A stretch of DNA of 64,000 nucleotides from Nitrospirota bacterium (GTDB lineage: Bacteria > Nitrospirota > Thermodesulfovibrionia > Thermodesulfovibrionales > Dissulfurispiraceae), in contig JBFLWF010000001.1 of NCBI GenBank assembly GCA_040758355.1, forward strand, positions 177,442-241,441, read 5' to 3'. Of the stretch, positions 1-9,326 are shown in pieces. The stretch's first letter is position 1, and each line of letters starts with the position of its first letter. Made by a program: the position numbers and the translations under genes. Below the pieces are notes generated by a model. The model ran no database searches and had not been told where the DNA came from. It saw only the letters and a program-made list of their open reading frames with translations.

Positions 1-14
1 AATTAAAAAACTAT

Positions 15-878
15 ATGACTTTTGAGACAGAATTTTATGCCGGACGCAGAAATATGCCCCTTGCAGTTTTTATCCACGGCATGGGAATGAATGCAAAAGT
101 GTGGAGCAATCCGCATGATGCAAGGATTTTAGGCGGAAAGTATCCGTTAAGAGTCTTGCTCGGCGGGATTGATGAAATGAGGACATCGTTCATGGATTTG
201 AGGGATATCGGATTTTCCGTTCTTTCATGGAAACAGAGGCGGCCTGCAGGCCCGATGAATACGGCGGTTGCAGAACTTAAAGATCTGATTTATGAATATA
301 GAAATCACATTAGAGACGGCATAATCCTTGTAGGCCACAGCAGGGGAGGGCTGATTGCAAGGAAATACCTTGAAGAAAGGAATGAATTCATAAGGGGATT
401 TATAACCATTGCAACGCCCCATCACGGCACAACAATGGCCAAATGGGCGGCCCATATTTCACCCATTGCCTCTTTATTAAATCAGCTCTTGGGAGAGCCG
501 CACAAAAAGGACATAAGGTCAGTGCTTAAAAGGATACTCGGATTTCTCAGCAGCGAAGGATTAAAGGAGCTTCTTCCCGATGCGAAATTTTATTCAGGGC
601 TGAAAGATGTTAAGCATCAAGGTGTGCGCTATATATCAATAGGCGGAACAAGTCCTGACATTCTGAAAATAAATTCCATACCCATGTCAGACTTTATTAT
701 AAAAGCGATTCCTGAAAGGCTTATTCCTGAAGAACTGAGGGAAGGGTATGGAGACGGGCTTGTCTCAGCCTCAAGCTCTGTGCTTCCTTATGCAGATATG
801 CATTATGACTTCCATGTAAATCATGTGCGAATCTTATTTGACAGGCAAGTCAGGGAATGCATTATTAATGCATTTTAG
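15..878 (+). CDS. Alpha/beta-hydrolase (lipase/esterase-like)
   Basis: FIHG oxyanion motif, GHSRGG nucleophile elbow, ATPHHG, GDGLV..SS near C-terminus. Confidence 0.85.
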   Translation: MTFETEFYAGRRNMPLAVFIHGMGMNAKVWSNPHDARILGGKYPLRVLLGGIDEMRTSFMDLRDIGFSVLSWKQRRPAGPMNTAVAELKDLIYEYRNHIRDGIILVGHSRGGLIARKYLEERNEFIRGFITIATPHHGTTMAKWAAHISPIASLLNQLLGEPHKKDIRSVLKRILGFLSSEGLKELLPDAKFYSGLKDVKHQGVRYISIGGTSPDILKINSIPMSDFIIKAIPERLIPEELREGYGDGLVSASSSVLPYADMHYDFHVNHVRILFDRQVRECIINAF

Positions 879-2176
879 CACTTTCCTCCGTTTCTTATCT
901 CATCATCAAACATACCCTTCAAAATCCTCGATGCGCAGAACTGTCCGCACATGGTGCATGAGTCTTCGGCTGATGGCTGCCTTTCGCTTCTTATCCTCAC
1001 TGCCTCATCCTTTGCGATTGCCAGATCAAACTGTTTATGCCAGTCGAGGTCTCTCCTTGCAATGGACATCTCCTTGTCCCTGTCTCGTTTCTTCAGCTTC
1101 ACCATATCGCCGATGTATGCCGCAATCCTTGCTGTAATTACACCCTGCTTAACATCTTCAGGAAATGGCAGGCCTAAATGCTCGGCTGGAGTCACATAGC
1201 AGATGAAATCAGCGCCATAGGCAGATGAGAGCGCAGCACCGATGGCCGATGTTATGTGGTCGTATCCGGGTGCGATGTCTGTTGTTATCGGGCCTAACAT
1301 GTAAAATGGCGATTCTCCGCTCATCTTTTTTTCGAGGAGCACATTTGCCTCTATTTCATCGATGGGAATATGTCCGGGTCCTTCCACCATTGTCTGGCAT
1401 CCCATGTTTCTTCCGATCTCTGCAAGCTCGCAGTTGATTATCAATTCCTGAATCTGCACCCTGTCTGATGAATCATGTATTGCGCCTGCCCTGAATCCAT
1501 TCCCGAGGCTCAATACAACATCATGCTTTTTTAGTATTTCAACAACCCTGTCGAATTTCTCATACAAAGGGTTTTCTTTATTATTGTGAAGCATCCATGC
1601 CGTGAGATACGAACCGCCCTTTGATACAAGTCCACCGTAGCGATAACCCTGCTTTTTCAGTCTTTCTATGGTCATGAGATTTATGCCGCAGTGGATTGCC
1701 ATGAATGCTACTCCTTCTTCACACTGCATTTCCAGTACATCCCATAGCAGTTCCTCCGGCATATCTACAGCACTGCCGTATTTCTCTATGGCAATTGCAA
1801 ATGCCTCATAAAGGGGGACAGTGCCTATCGGGAGATTTATAGCTTCCATAACAGCCCTTCTTATTCCACGAACATCGCCTCCTACGCTTAAATCCATGAG
1901 CGTATCAGCACCGTGCTGCTCTGCGACCTTTGCCTTTTCCACTTCCATGAGTATATCCGCAATGTCAGTGGATGAGCCGATGGATGCGTTTATCTTTGTC
2001 CTTAAACCCTTTCCTATGCCGACGATTTTACTTTTTCTGTTCTTATTGGCAGGGATTACTATTTTCCCCGCTGCAACCCTTGACCTTACGGTTTCTACAT
2101 CAACACCTTCTTCCAATGCTACTTTTTTTACCTCTTCTGTTGTTACTCCTCTTTTTGTCTTTTCAAGCTGTGTCAT
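875..2176 (-). CDS. bzaF: ThiC-paralogue radical SAM enzyme, most likely 5-hydroxybenzimidazole synthase (BzaF-type)
   Basis: ThiC-family motifs (EGPGH, YVTPAEHL, CTMCGQFC) but GLVSKGG and SLGNG where ThiC usually has GIVSRGG and SLGDG; last gene of a B12-riboswitch operon. Confidence 0.75.
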   Translation of the reverse strand: MTQLEKTKRGVTTEEVKKVALEEGVDVETVRSRVAAGKIVIPANKNRKSKIVGIGKGLRTKINASIGSSTDIADILMEVEKAKVAEQHGADTLMDLSVGGDVRGIRRAVMEAINLPIGTVPLYEAFAIAIEKYGSAVDMPEELLWDVLEMQCEEGVAFMAIHCGINLMTIERLKKQGYRYGGLVSKGGSYLTAWMLHNNKENPLYEKFDRVVEILKKHDVVLSLGNGFRAGAIHDSSDRVQIQELIINCELAEIGRNMGCQTMVEGPGHIPIDEIEANVLLEKKMSGESPFYMLGPITTDIAPGYDHITSAIGAALSSAYGADFICYVTPAEHLGLPFPEDVKQGVITARIAAYIGDMVKLKKRDRDKEMSIARRDLDWHKQFDLAIAKDEAVRIRSERQPSAEDSCTMCGQFCASRILKGMFDDEIRNGGKC

Positions 2177-2184
2177 TGCGCCTC

Positions 2185-3417
2185 CTATATTTTTAATAGT
2201 ATATATAAAATTTTGTCTACCTCGTCTATGAGCTTCTTAAATAACCCTCCATGACTCTTTGAGTTTCCAAAAAGCTCTGTCCGCATTTCCTGTATTTCAG
2301 GGTCATCACACTTTTCGTATGTAATATGCCCGTTCTGCATTGCATATCTTTCTAAAATCAAGAGTCGTTTTGCATTTTCTATAAATGGCATTAACAATTC
2401 TTTTATTTTGTTTAAATCTGACTGCTGACTGCTGACTGCTGACTGCTGTTTTTTAATTATTTCCGCAATCTCTTTTATCATGGCGTATAATGTGCAGTAT
2501 TCGAGTCCCCTTACTCCCCTCCGCCACTGCAAAAGCATGGGATTTCTCCAGAACCAGAGAAAGTTGCGAGTGCCGAGTGATATTAAATCATCGACTGCTG
2601 ATTCAAGGTCGGCAAGAATAGATGGAGCAATGGAGTAATAGAGTGATGAGTTAAGTTTCTGGGCTTCTTCTGACTTTTGACCGGAGAGGTATTCCCAGAG
2701 ATTTTTTAAAACCCTTGCTCCGTTTGTGTCGTCTGGTGTATCAAAGTGTATTAATGATAAAATTACTTTGCCTTTTCCGAAACTTCCCTCCACCACTGAA
2801 GGCGCATCTTTTAATCTCCGGGGATTCAGATTGATTTTATAAATATCTTCCAATTCCGACCAGCCGCCGTTGGCTTCCACATCTCCTACATTCAAATCCG
2901 AACTGAACGAGTCGGAAAGTGCATCTCCATAAGTGGCGAGTATTTTTATGGGCGTATCATCGACTAAAAATTGTGAAGGCCACCATGCGTGAAAGATAGC
3001 TGATGGAGTGATGGAGTGATGGAGTGATGAGTTCCATATAGGATGTCCATTTACATTCAGATGAATACGGCCGCTGAAGCTCGGCACCCTCTGTTTTGTG
3101 GGCATCCTGTTTATATTTAAAAGCCCTATACCATCAAGCGTTGCAAGGCCTGCTCCTCCGCAGAAACCCAAATAATTACCGCCGCTATTCACAAAATTCT
3201 TTATTTCGCCGATGCCCTTTTCACCGAGGGTTTTCATCTTATTCGATGCCCATCCACCGGGCACAAAGAGCATCCTGTAATTTTTTAGTTCTCCTTTCTT
3301 TATATCATCTGAACGGATAAGTTCAAAAGAAAGATTACAGGCCTTCAGAGCCTTATATGACATCAATCCCCAAAGAAACGATTCGTCCCATAGAAAAGCA
3401 ATTGTTTTATTTACCAT
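2185..3417 (-). CDS. BPL_N / class-I glutamine-amidotransferase-like domain protein
   Basis: LFVPGG and GGNYLGFCGGA motifs, GKGKVIL..IH; start overlaps upstream stop (TAATG). Confidence 0.7.
   Translation of the reverse strand: MVNKTIAFLWDESFLWGLMSYKALKACNLSFELIRSDDIKKGELKNYRMLFVPGGWASNKMKTLGEKGIGEIKNFVNSGGNYLGFCGGAGLATLDGIGLLNINRMPTKQRVPSFSGRIHLNVNGHPIWNSSLHHSITPSAIFHAWWPSQFLVDDTPIKILATYGDALSDSFSSDLNVGDVEANGGWSELEDIYKINLNPRRLKDAPSVVEGSFGKGKVILSLIHFDTPDDTNGARVLKNLWEYLSGQKSEEAQKLNSSLYYSIAPSILADLESAVDDLISLGTRNFLWFWRNPMLLQWRRGVRGLEYCTLYAMIKEIAEIIKKQQSAVSSQQSDLNKIKELLMPFIENAKRLLILERYAMQNGHITYEKCDDPEIQEMRTELFGNSKSHGGLFKKLIDEVDKILYILLKI
2418..2448. repeat. (CTGACTG)4 heptamer array, in frame in the BPL_N gene (QQSAVSSQQS)
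   Basis: Read directly. Confidence 0.95.
3001..3030. repeat. (TGATGGAG)3+ octamer array, in frame (SSLHHSITPS)
   Basis: Read directly; related arrays at 2621-2650, 3414-3440, 4209-4240, 7781-7805, 16218-16245, 40057-40086. Confidence 0.95.
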
Positions 3418-5255
3418 TACTCCAGCACTCCATTACTCCACTTTTTTTCATAACCCCTCGGTGTAATCATATAGTTATTCAATGTAAATGTCTGAGAGTT
3501 TCCTATTATCACTGTTGTCTGCATGTCGATCTCGTAATTGAGCATGTCCCTCAGATTTGCGATAATAATCCTTTCATTTTCTCTCGTTGCACCCTTTACT
3601 ATGCCTACAGGTGTTTCGGTGCTCCGGTGTTTGAGGAATATAGCCCTTGCCTTATTGATATGCTCAGGCCTTCCCATGCTTTTGGGATTATAGAGGACTG
3701 TTACAAAATCAGACATCGCCGCTGCTGCAAGCCTTTTCTCAATCAATTCCCACGGTGTGAGTCTATCTGAAAGGCTTATTACTGCGAAATCATGCATGAG
3801 CGGCGCGCCGAGCCTTGCTGCGCAGGCATTCAGGGCAGATATACCGGGGATGACTTCTACAGCGATGCGTGATGCATTACTTCCTTTTATCTCATTACGC
3901 ATTACGGATAACGCATTACGGTCTTTAAGTATCTCAAACACCAGCCCTGCCATGGCATATATTCCTGGGTCTCCGCCGCTTATGACAGAAACGGTTTTTC
4001 CAGACAGTGCAAGCTCAACTGCCTTTTTGCACCTGTCAATTTCCTGCGTCATGCCGGTGGATACAACCTCTTTGTCTTTGATCAGTTCCTGTATCAAATC
4101 GAGATATGTTCCGTATCCAACAATAACATCTGACTTTCTTATGGCATCCTGTGCATAGGGGGTTATATGTTCAATGCTTCCGGGCCCGGTGCCGACAATG
4201 TAAAGCTTTGGAGTGATGGAGTGCTGGAGTATTGGAGCAACTAATTCAGCAACTGCGATTGTCACATTTCCGATTTTCTGCTTCGGAACAAGCAACTCCG
4301 AAGCGCCTGATGCAAGGAGCGCCGCAGGCTCTGAAACAGCATTTGCGCCTGTTGCCTTAAAGACTGCCTCTGATTTAGCCATGCCTTCAACTGAGTTTAG
4401 TTCTTCAGCCTTAAAGCCGGTAATTGTAAATCCATACCTTTGGGCGAATTTGATCAAGCCATCTTCTTTACACTTTATGTCAATAGTTGCGAGGGAGTGA
4501 ATGGACAGAAACGAGAGATTATTATTTTTAAGTACAGCCTTGACTGCTCCTTCTATCTCTTCTTCTGATGTCCCACTGTTGCATCCGATGCCTACAATAA
4601 GATTTTTAGGGCGAAGATAAAGCTGTCCTTTTACGCGGCATGAGCCTGTCGAACATTCTGCGGATGAGCATTGAGGTTCTTTTAAATAAATATCTTTTTT
4701 ATTTGTTATGATCGCATCTGCAAATCTGGGCTCGCTTACCTTGAGAAATTCATCAGGCAGAGATATTTCTATTTCTGAATATACGCGCAATGCGCCATTG
4801 TTAAGGTATCGCGTGGCAACATGCGGCATTATCTCCCAGTCTTCGATAGCGAGACTATTTTCTGATACCCATATATCTATCGCAGTCAGGTTATTTACAT
4901 CGGATGCGGTTGTTATAATTGCTTCGCCTTTCAAAAAATTCGCAATCTCTTTTGCCAGTTTGTTTCCTCCGCCTAAATGTCCGCTTAAGAGGCTTATGGC
5001 ATATTTCCCTTTTTCATCGAGAACAACAACTGCAGGATCTATTTTTTTGTCTTTTATTAAAGGCGCTATAGTCCTTACCACAATGCCTGTTGCCATGATA
5101 AATATGAGATTTTTGCATTCATTCCATATCTCAGGAACAACTTCTGATTTGAATTTTAAAATTTGAGTATCCTTATAAAGACTTTTAAGCCTTTCAGCGA
5201 GCTTCAATCCATTTTCTGTTATATAAAATATTGCGGTTTTATTTTCTATATTCAT
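3417..5255 (-). CDS. cbiGH: CbiG (cobalt-precorrin-5A hydrolase)-CbiH/CobJ (C17-methyltransferase) fusion
   Basis: IMATGIVVR..DPAVVV..SLLSGHLGGGN and VGIGC (CbiG); VGTGPG..SGGDPGIYAMA..LMHDF..ISLSD.LTPW..ITPRGY (CbiH). Confidence 0.92.
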   Translation of the reverse strand: MNIENKTAIFYITENGLKLAERLKSLYKDTQILKFKSEVVPEIWNECKNLIFIMATGIVVRTIAPLIKDKKIDPAVVVLDEKGKYAISLLSGHLGGGNKLAKEIANFLKGEAIITTASDVNNLTAIDIWVSENSLAIEDWEIMPHVATRYLNNGALRVYSEIEISLPDEFLKVSEPRFADAIITNKKDIYLKEPQCSSAECSTGSCRVKGQLYLRPKNLIVGIGCNSGTSEEEIEGAVKAVLKNNNLSFLSIHSLATIDIKCKEDGLIKFAQRYGFTITGFKAEELNSVEGMAKSEAVFKATGANAVSEPAALLASGASELLVPKQKIGNVTIAVAELVAPILQHSITPKLYIVGTGPGSIEHITPYAQDAIRKSDVIVGYGTYLDLIQELIKDKEVVSTGMTQEIDRCKKAVELALSGKTVSVISGGDPGIYAMAGLVFEILKDRNALSVMRNEIKGSNASRIAVEVIPGISALNACAARLGAPLMHDFAVISLSDRLTPWELIEKRLAAAAMSDFVTVLYNPKSMGRPEHINKARAIFLKHRSTETPVGIVKGATRENERIIIANLRDMLNYEIDMQTTVIIGNSQTFTLNNYMITPRGYEKKWSNGVLE

Positions 5256-5994
5256 GCTTAAAATCCTTGTTATAGAGTTTTGATTCCTTGCCTAAAGAAC
5301 TCTCCGACGCCATTAATGATTTGCCTATATAAATTAATGCGGTCTTTTTAATACCAGCATCTTTCACCATCTCGACAATATCTTTCAATATACCTTTCAG
5401 AATTCTCTGCTCAGGCCATGAAGCCTTTTCAATGACTACAACTGGAGTATCTTCGGGATAGCCCTCCAAAAGCTCATCTTTTACTTTTTCGACCATTCCC
5501 ACACTCAAAAAAATCACCATTGTTGCTTTATGCTTTGCCAATTCGCTCAACTTCTCGGTTTCGGGAACAGGCGTCCGTCCTTCCATGCGTGTAAATATAA
5601 CGGTTTGGCTGATTTCGGGTATGGTGAGTTCCTGTCCAAGTACAGCTGCACCTGCCATTGCTGAAGATACGCCGGGAATGACTTCGTATTCAATATTTAA
5701 TCCTCTCAACCGCTCTATCTGCTCTGATATGGCGCTGTAAAAGGATGTGTCGCCTGTGTGCAGCCTGACAACTGTTTTCTTGGCTGCAATGGACTTTTTA
5801 ATAACTTCTGTTGTCTCATCGAGTGTCATGCTTGCAGAGTTATATATCTCTGCCTTTATGCCCTTTAATAATTCAGGGTTAACAAGGCTTCCTGCATAAA
5901 TAACGACATCAGCGTTATCGAGCAGTTTCCTGCCTTTAATGGTTATCAGTTCAGGGTCTCCCGGCCCTGCGCCTATGAAATATACCTTACTCAT
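5239..5994 (-). CDS. cbiF: Cobalt-precorrin-4 C11-methyltransferase
   Basis: FIGAGPGDPELIT, YAGSLV, RLHTGD, ELTIPEISQT, GRTPVP. Confidence 0.95.
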   Translation of the reverse strand: MSKVYFIGAGPGDPELITIKGRKLLDNADVVIYAGSLVNPELLKGIKAEIYNSASMTLDETTEVIKKSIAAKKTVVRLHTGDTSFYSAISEQIERLRGLNIEYEVIPGVSSAMAGAAVLGQELTIPEISQTVIFTRMEGRTPVPETEKLSELAKHKATMVIFLSVGMVEKVKDELLEGYPEDTPVVVIEKASWPEQRILKGILKDIVEMVKDAGIKKTALIYIGKSLMASESSLGKESKLYNKDFKHEYRK

Positions 5995-6740
5995 TTCTTG
6001 ATTATCACCACCGAAAAATAGTTGAGGTCGCCTTCCTTGATGTCCCTTATATTTTTGAATATCTTTTCATCATCCATGCCTGCCCGTGAGACATAAACTG
6101 CATTATTCGTTAGATTCATTTCATTAAGAATAGTTAGAACCCTATCAAAGACCCTGTGAACCTTCATGAGAACGATGGTGTCAAACCTCTCCAGAGTCTC
6201 TTTTATGTTATCAGTGTAGGTTGCAGGAAGGATGGCGATTTTTTCATCAGCAAGGCTTAAGGACAGGTTTGCCCTTGCTGCTGCGGTATTTATGGATGAC
6301 ACGCCCGGAATTATTTCTATACTGAGTTCAGGATTGAGTTCGAGGAGCTTGTCGTATAAATAGAAAAATGTGCTGTAAATGGTGGGGTCTCCGATAGTTA
6401 TGAAAGCCATATCAGTGCCTTTATTCAACCTGCTGTAAACCGTCTCGATTGTTTCCTGCCATTTGGTATCAAGCATGCATAAATCATTTTTTTCTTTCTG
6501 ACCGCTGACTGCTGACTGCTGACTGCTTTTCGTTTTTCTCATGGGAAAATGTGCTTCGATAATCTCTTTGCCGTCGAGATTCAATGCCTTTTCCACAATG
6601 GATAATGCCATGCTGCTGCCTTCTTCCCTTCCCTTTGGAACGCAGATGCATTGAACCTCTTTAAAGATTCTCACTGCCTTCAATGTCAACAGTTCAGGGT
6701 CTCCGGGACCGACTCCTATGACATAAAGTTTTCCTGTCAT
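5991..6740 (-). CDS. cbiL: Cobalt-precorrin-2 C20-methyltransferase
   Basis: GVGPGDPELLTLKA, FPM, GDPTIYSTF, VLMKV, YFS. Confidence 0.93.
   Translation of the reverse strand: MTGKLYVIGVGPGDPELLTLKAVRIFKEVQCICVPKGREEGSSMALSIVEKALNLDGKEIIEAHFPMRKTKSSQQSAVSGQKEKNDLCMLDTKWQETIETVYSRLNKGTDMAFITIGDPTIYSTFFYLYDKLLELNPELSIEIIPGVSSINTAAARANLSLSLADEKIAILPATYTDNIKETLERFDTIVLMKVHRVFDRVLTILNEMNLTNNAVYVSRAGMDDEKIFKNIRDIKEGDLNYFSVVIIKK
6498..6527. repeat. CTGAC(C/T)G heptamer array, in frame in cbiL (SSQQSAVSGQ)
   Basis: Read directly; same unit as 2418-2448. Confidence 0.92.
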
Positions 6741-8017
6741 CTTTCACCTTTTATCACAAATACTGGATTCAATGCGCTCATGTGTCTTTTGCCTGCTATA
6801 TCCTTTGATCTCGATACGGATATCTCAGAGACTTCTGGCTCGAATCCATTGCTTTCAAGGTGTTGGATTGCCTCATTCAAAGTCTCTATGGTTGTGGCAT
6901 TTATGACAATATGTTTGCAAGTCATGCTGGAGATAAAATCTATTATCTCTTTGAGTCTTCCGCTACTGCCGCCAACAAACACCCTGTCGGGAGATGGAAG
7001 GTTTATCAAGGCATCAGGGGCTTCACCGCTTATTATTTCAATATTAAGTGAGTTAAATCTCTCCTTATTTTCTCTGATATGGTTAATTTGTTCTTTGTCT
7101 TTTTCGACAGCAAAGACCTTCAATTCCGGATATAATCTTGCAGCCTCTATTGATACAGAGCCGGAGCCTGCGCCGATATCCCAGAATACGCCCCTTTGCG
7201 GAAGCCTTAATTTATGTATCGTCACCGCCCTTACTTCGTCTTTTGTTATCAGTCCTTTGGAGTGGGAAATCTCGGTCTCTTTTAATCCAAAGGCGGTAGC
7301 TGATGACTGACTGTTGATGGCTGACCGCTGAATTATTACCACATTCGGCTCTGAAAACGTCATTCCTGCAATCTCTTCAGGCGTGCCTTCTGTAATTTTC
7401 TCATCTTGGTAACCCAGCCTTTCGCAGACATACATAACAGGCAATAGGCTATGGGCAATAGGCGATAGGTTAAGGATTTTGGCTATTTCTGAAGGATTGT
7501 TTTCTCTGTCTGTAAGTATGGCGACTTTATTATGTCTTTGCAGTAAAGATGGAATATCATTTATCGTATACGGCAATCTTCTTCTCTTTTCCGGATCAGG
7601 ACCTCCGTGAAGACTCATTAAAAATGCATCGTCCCACGGCTCTTTTATCCTTGAAAATGCAATCTGAACGCTCGATAAATCAGGCAATATCTCAACCATG
7701 TCTCTCCCAAATTCTTTAACTGCCCTTCTGCCTATTCCAAAGAACATCGGGTCTCCGGAGGCGAGAAGGACGACGGGGAATGATGGGGTGCTGGAGTGTT
7801 GGAGTAGTGAGTGAATGAATTCAATTGTCTCATTCACATTATTAATTACCTTTACCTTATCTTTAACTGCCTCAAATTCATCATAGCCTTTAAAGACTTC
7901 AAAGAGTCTGTTGGATGCAAGGATAACGCCTGCACGGGAAATAATCTCCCGTGCTTTCTTATCAAGTGGCTTATAGCCAATGCCTATTACATAGAGTTTA
8001 TTACTCATTATTGTCAT
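6737..8017 (-). CDS. cbiET: Bifunctional precorrin-6B C5,C15-methyltransferase/decarboxylase
   Basis: LASGDPMFFGIG, SLHG (CbiE); ITKDEVR, WDIGAGSGSVSIE, FVGGS, LNPV (CbiT). Confidence 0.93.
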   Translation of the reverse strand: MTIMSNKLYVIGIGYKPLDKKAREIISRAGVILASNRLFEVFKGYDEFEAVKDKVKVINNVNETIEFIHSLLQHSSTPSFPVVLLASGDPMFFGIGRRAVKEFGRDMVEILPDLSSVQIAFSRIKEPWDDAFLMSLHGGPDPEKRRRLPYTINDIPSLLQRHNKVAILTDRENNPSEIAKILNLSPIAHSLLPVMYVCERLGYQDEKITEGTPEEIAGMTFSEPNVVIIQRSAINSQSSATAFGLKETEISHSKGLITKDEVRAVTIHKLRLPQRGVFWDIGAGSGSVSIEAARLYPELKVFAVEKDKEQINHIRENKERFNSLNIEIISGEAPDALINLPSPDRVFVGGSSGRLKEIIDFISSMTCKHIVINATTIETLNEAIQHLESNGFEPEVSEISVSRSKDIAGKRHMSALNPVFVIKGER

Positions 8018-8780
8018 GGGCCCTCAAAATATATGTCTCCATTATCCAGCCGTTATTCTTTTTTGCCTCATTCCTTGTCCTTATAATCTCATCGAGGACT
8101 TCCTTTAGTCTGCCAGAAATGAGAATCTCTTCTCCTGTTCCGAGATAACCACCCCAGTAAATATGGAGGTCTGCATCCGTAAAGTTTCTGTAAGTTAGAT
8201 AATTATCCAGCAGCACCACACTATTTTTAACATCATCAGGATGAATCTCTTTCAGTCTCCTGCCCGTAGTGATAAGGATACTCTCGCCAATGAAATTCAG
8301 GGGAATCTTATGCCTTGCTGTCAATACCTGCATGCTTGTTATTCCTGGTATAACTTCAAATTCGAAATCTACCCGTCCTTCTTTAAGGATATAATTGAGT
8401 ATCTCTGTATGGCCGTCATAAAGGGAAGGATCGCCCCAGATGAGAATGGCGCCTGTTTCACCATCAGTTATCTCCTGTTTTATTAAGGTAGATATAATCT
8501 CTGCCTTTTGTTTTCTCCATGAGGCGACCTTTTCTTTATAGACCTCTAATTCCTTGCCACCCTTTTTTCTTTCAGGAATCTTTACTGTCATAACCCTGTA
8601 TCTTTCATCGGGCAGATACCTTTGTAATATCTCCTTCCTGAGTTTAACAAGGTCTTCGTTTTTTTCAGACTCCTTCTCAAGAATAAAAAAGACATTTACC
8701 TTTTTTAATGTATTTATAGCCTGAATCGTGAGATGTTCAGGATTGCCGGTACCTATGCCGATAAGATATATTTTTTTCAT
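8001..8780 (-). CDS. cobF: Precorrin-6A synthase (deacetylating), CobF-type C1-methyltransferase
   Basis: IGIGTGNPEHLTIQA, WGDPSLYD, IPGITS, ARHKIPLN.IGE, ITTGRRL, YWG.YLG, GWIMETY. Confidence 0.85.
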   Translation of the reverse strand: MKKIYLIGIGTGNPEHLTIQAINTLKKVNVFFILEKESEKNEDLVKLRKEILQRYLPDERYRVMTVKIPERKKGGKELEVYKEKVASWRKQKAEIISTLIKQEITDGETGAILIWGDPSLYDGHTEILNYILKEGRVDFEFEVIPGITSMQVLTARHKIPLNFIGESILITTGRRLKEIHPDDVKNSVVLLDNYLTYRNFTDADLHIYWGGYLGTGEEILISGRLKEVLDEIIRTRNEAKKNNGWIMETYILRAHDNNE

Positions 8781-8807
8781 TTTATCCCCTTTTTGTCAGT
8801 CTATTTG

Positions 8808-9326
8808 TTAGTGTTCAATGCCCCTTCTCGCTTTTACGCCTTTTTTGTAGTAATGCTTTATTTCCTTCATTTCCGTTACAAGGTCTGCCATTTCTATAAT
8901 TTTCTCATCGGCATATCTGCCTGTAAGAACAACCTCCATGCCTGAAGGCCTGGAATTTAACAAATCCACAATGTCTTCGACATTCAGGAGTTTGTAGTGC
9001 ACTGCGACATTTATCTCATCCAGCACCACCAGGTCATAGGTTTTAGATGAAATTATGTTTTTCACCTCTTCAAATCCTTTTTGGGCTGCTTCGATCTCTG
9101 ATTGCGTCGGCTTTTCGCCCTTTATAAATCCTGTCCCGTATTGTTTGACGGTAATCAGGTCTTTAAACCTATCCAGTGCCTTGTGCTCGCTGCATCTCCT
9201 TTTCTTAATAAACTGCGCAATGAATACTTTGAGTCCTGCGCCTGCTGCCCTCAATGCGAGACCAAGGGCTGCCGTAGTTTTTCCTTTGCTGTTGCCGGTG
9301 TAAACCTGTACGTACCCTTTACGCAT
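8808..9326 (-). CDS. cobO: Cob(I)yrinic acid a,c-diamide adenosyltransferase
   Basis: VYTGNSKGKTTAALG, QFIK, VLDEI, LTGR, ADLVTEM..IKHYY..G..AR.GIE. Confidence 0.95.
   Translation of the reverse strand: MRKGYVQVYTGNSKGKTTAALGLALRAAGAGLKVFIAQFIKKRRCSEHKALDRFKDLITVKQYGTGFIKGEKPTQSEIEAAQKGFEEVKNIISSKTYDLVVLDEINVAVHYKLLNVEDIVDLLNSRPSGMEVVLTGRYADEKIIEMADLVTEMKEIKHYYKKGVKARRGIEH

Noticed and set aside
875..2176. Calling this gene thiC
   Set aside because: Motif variants and cobamide-operon context fit a Bza paralogue better; no TPP riboswitch or thi genes nearby
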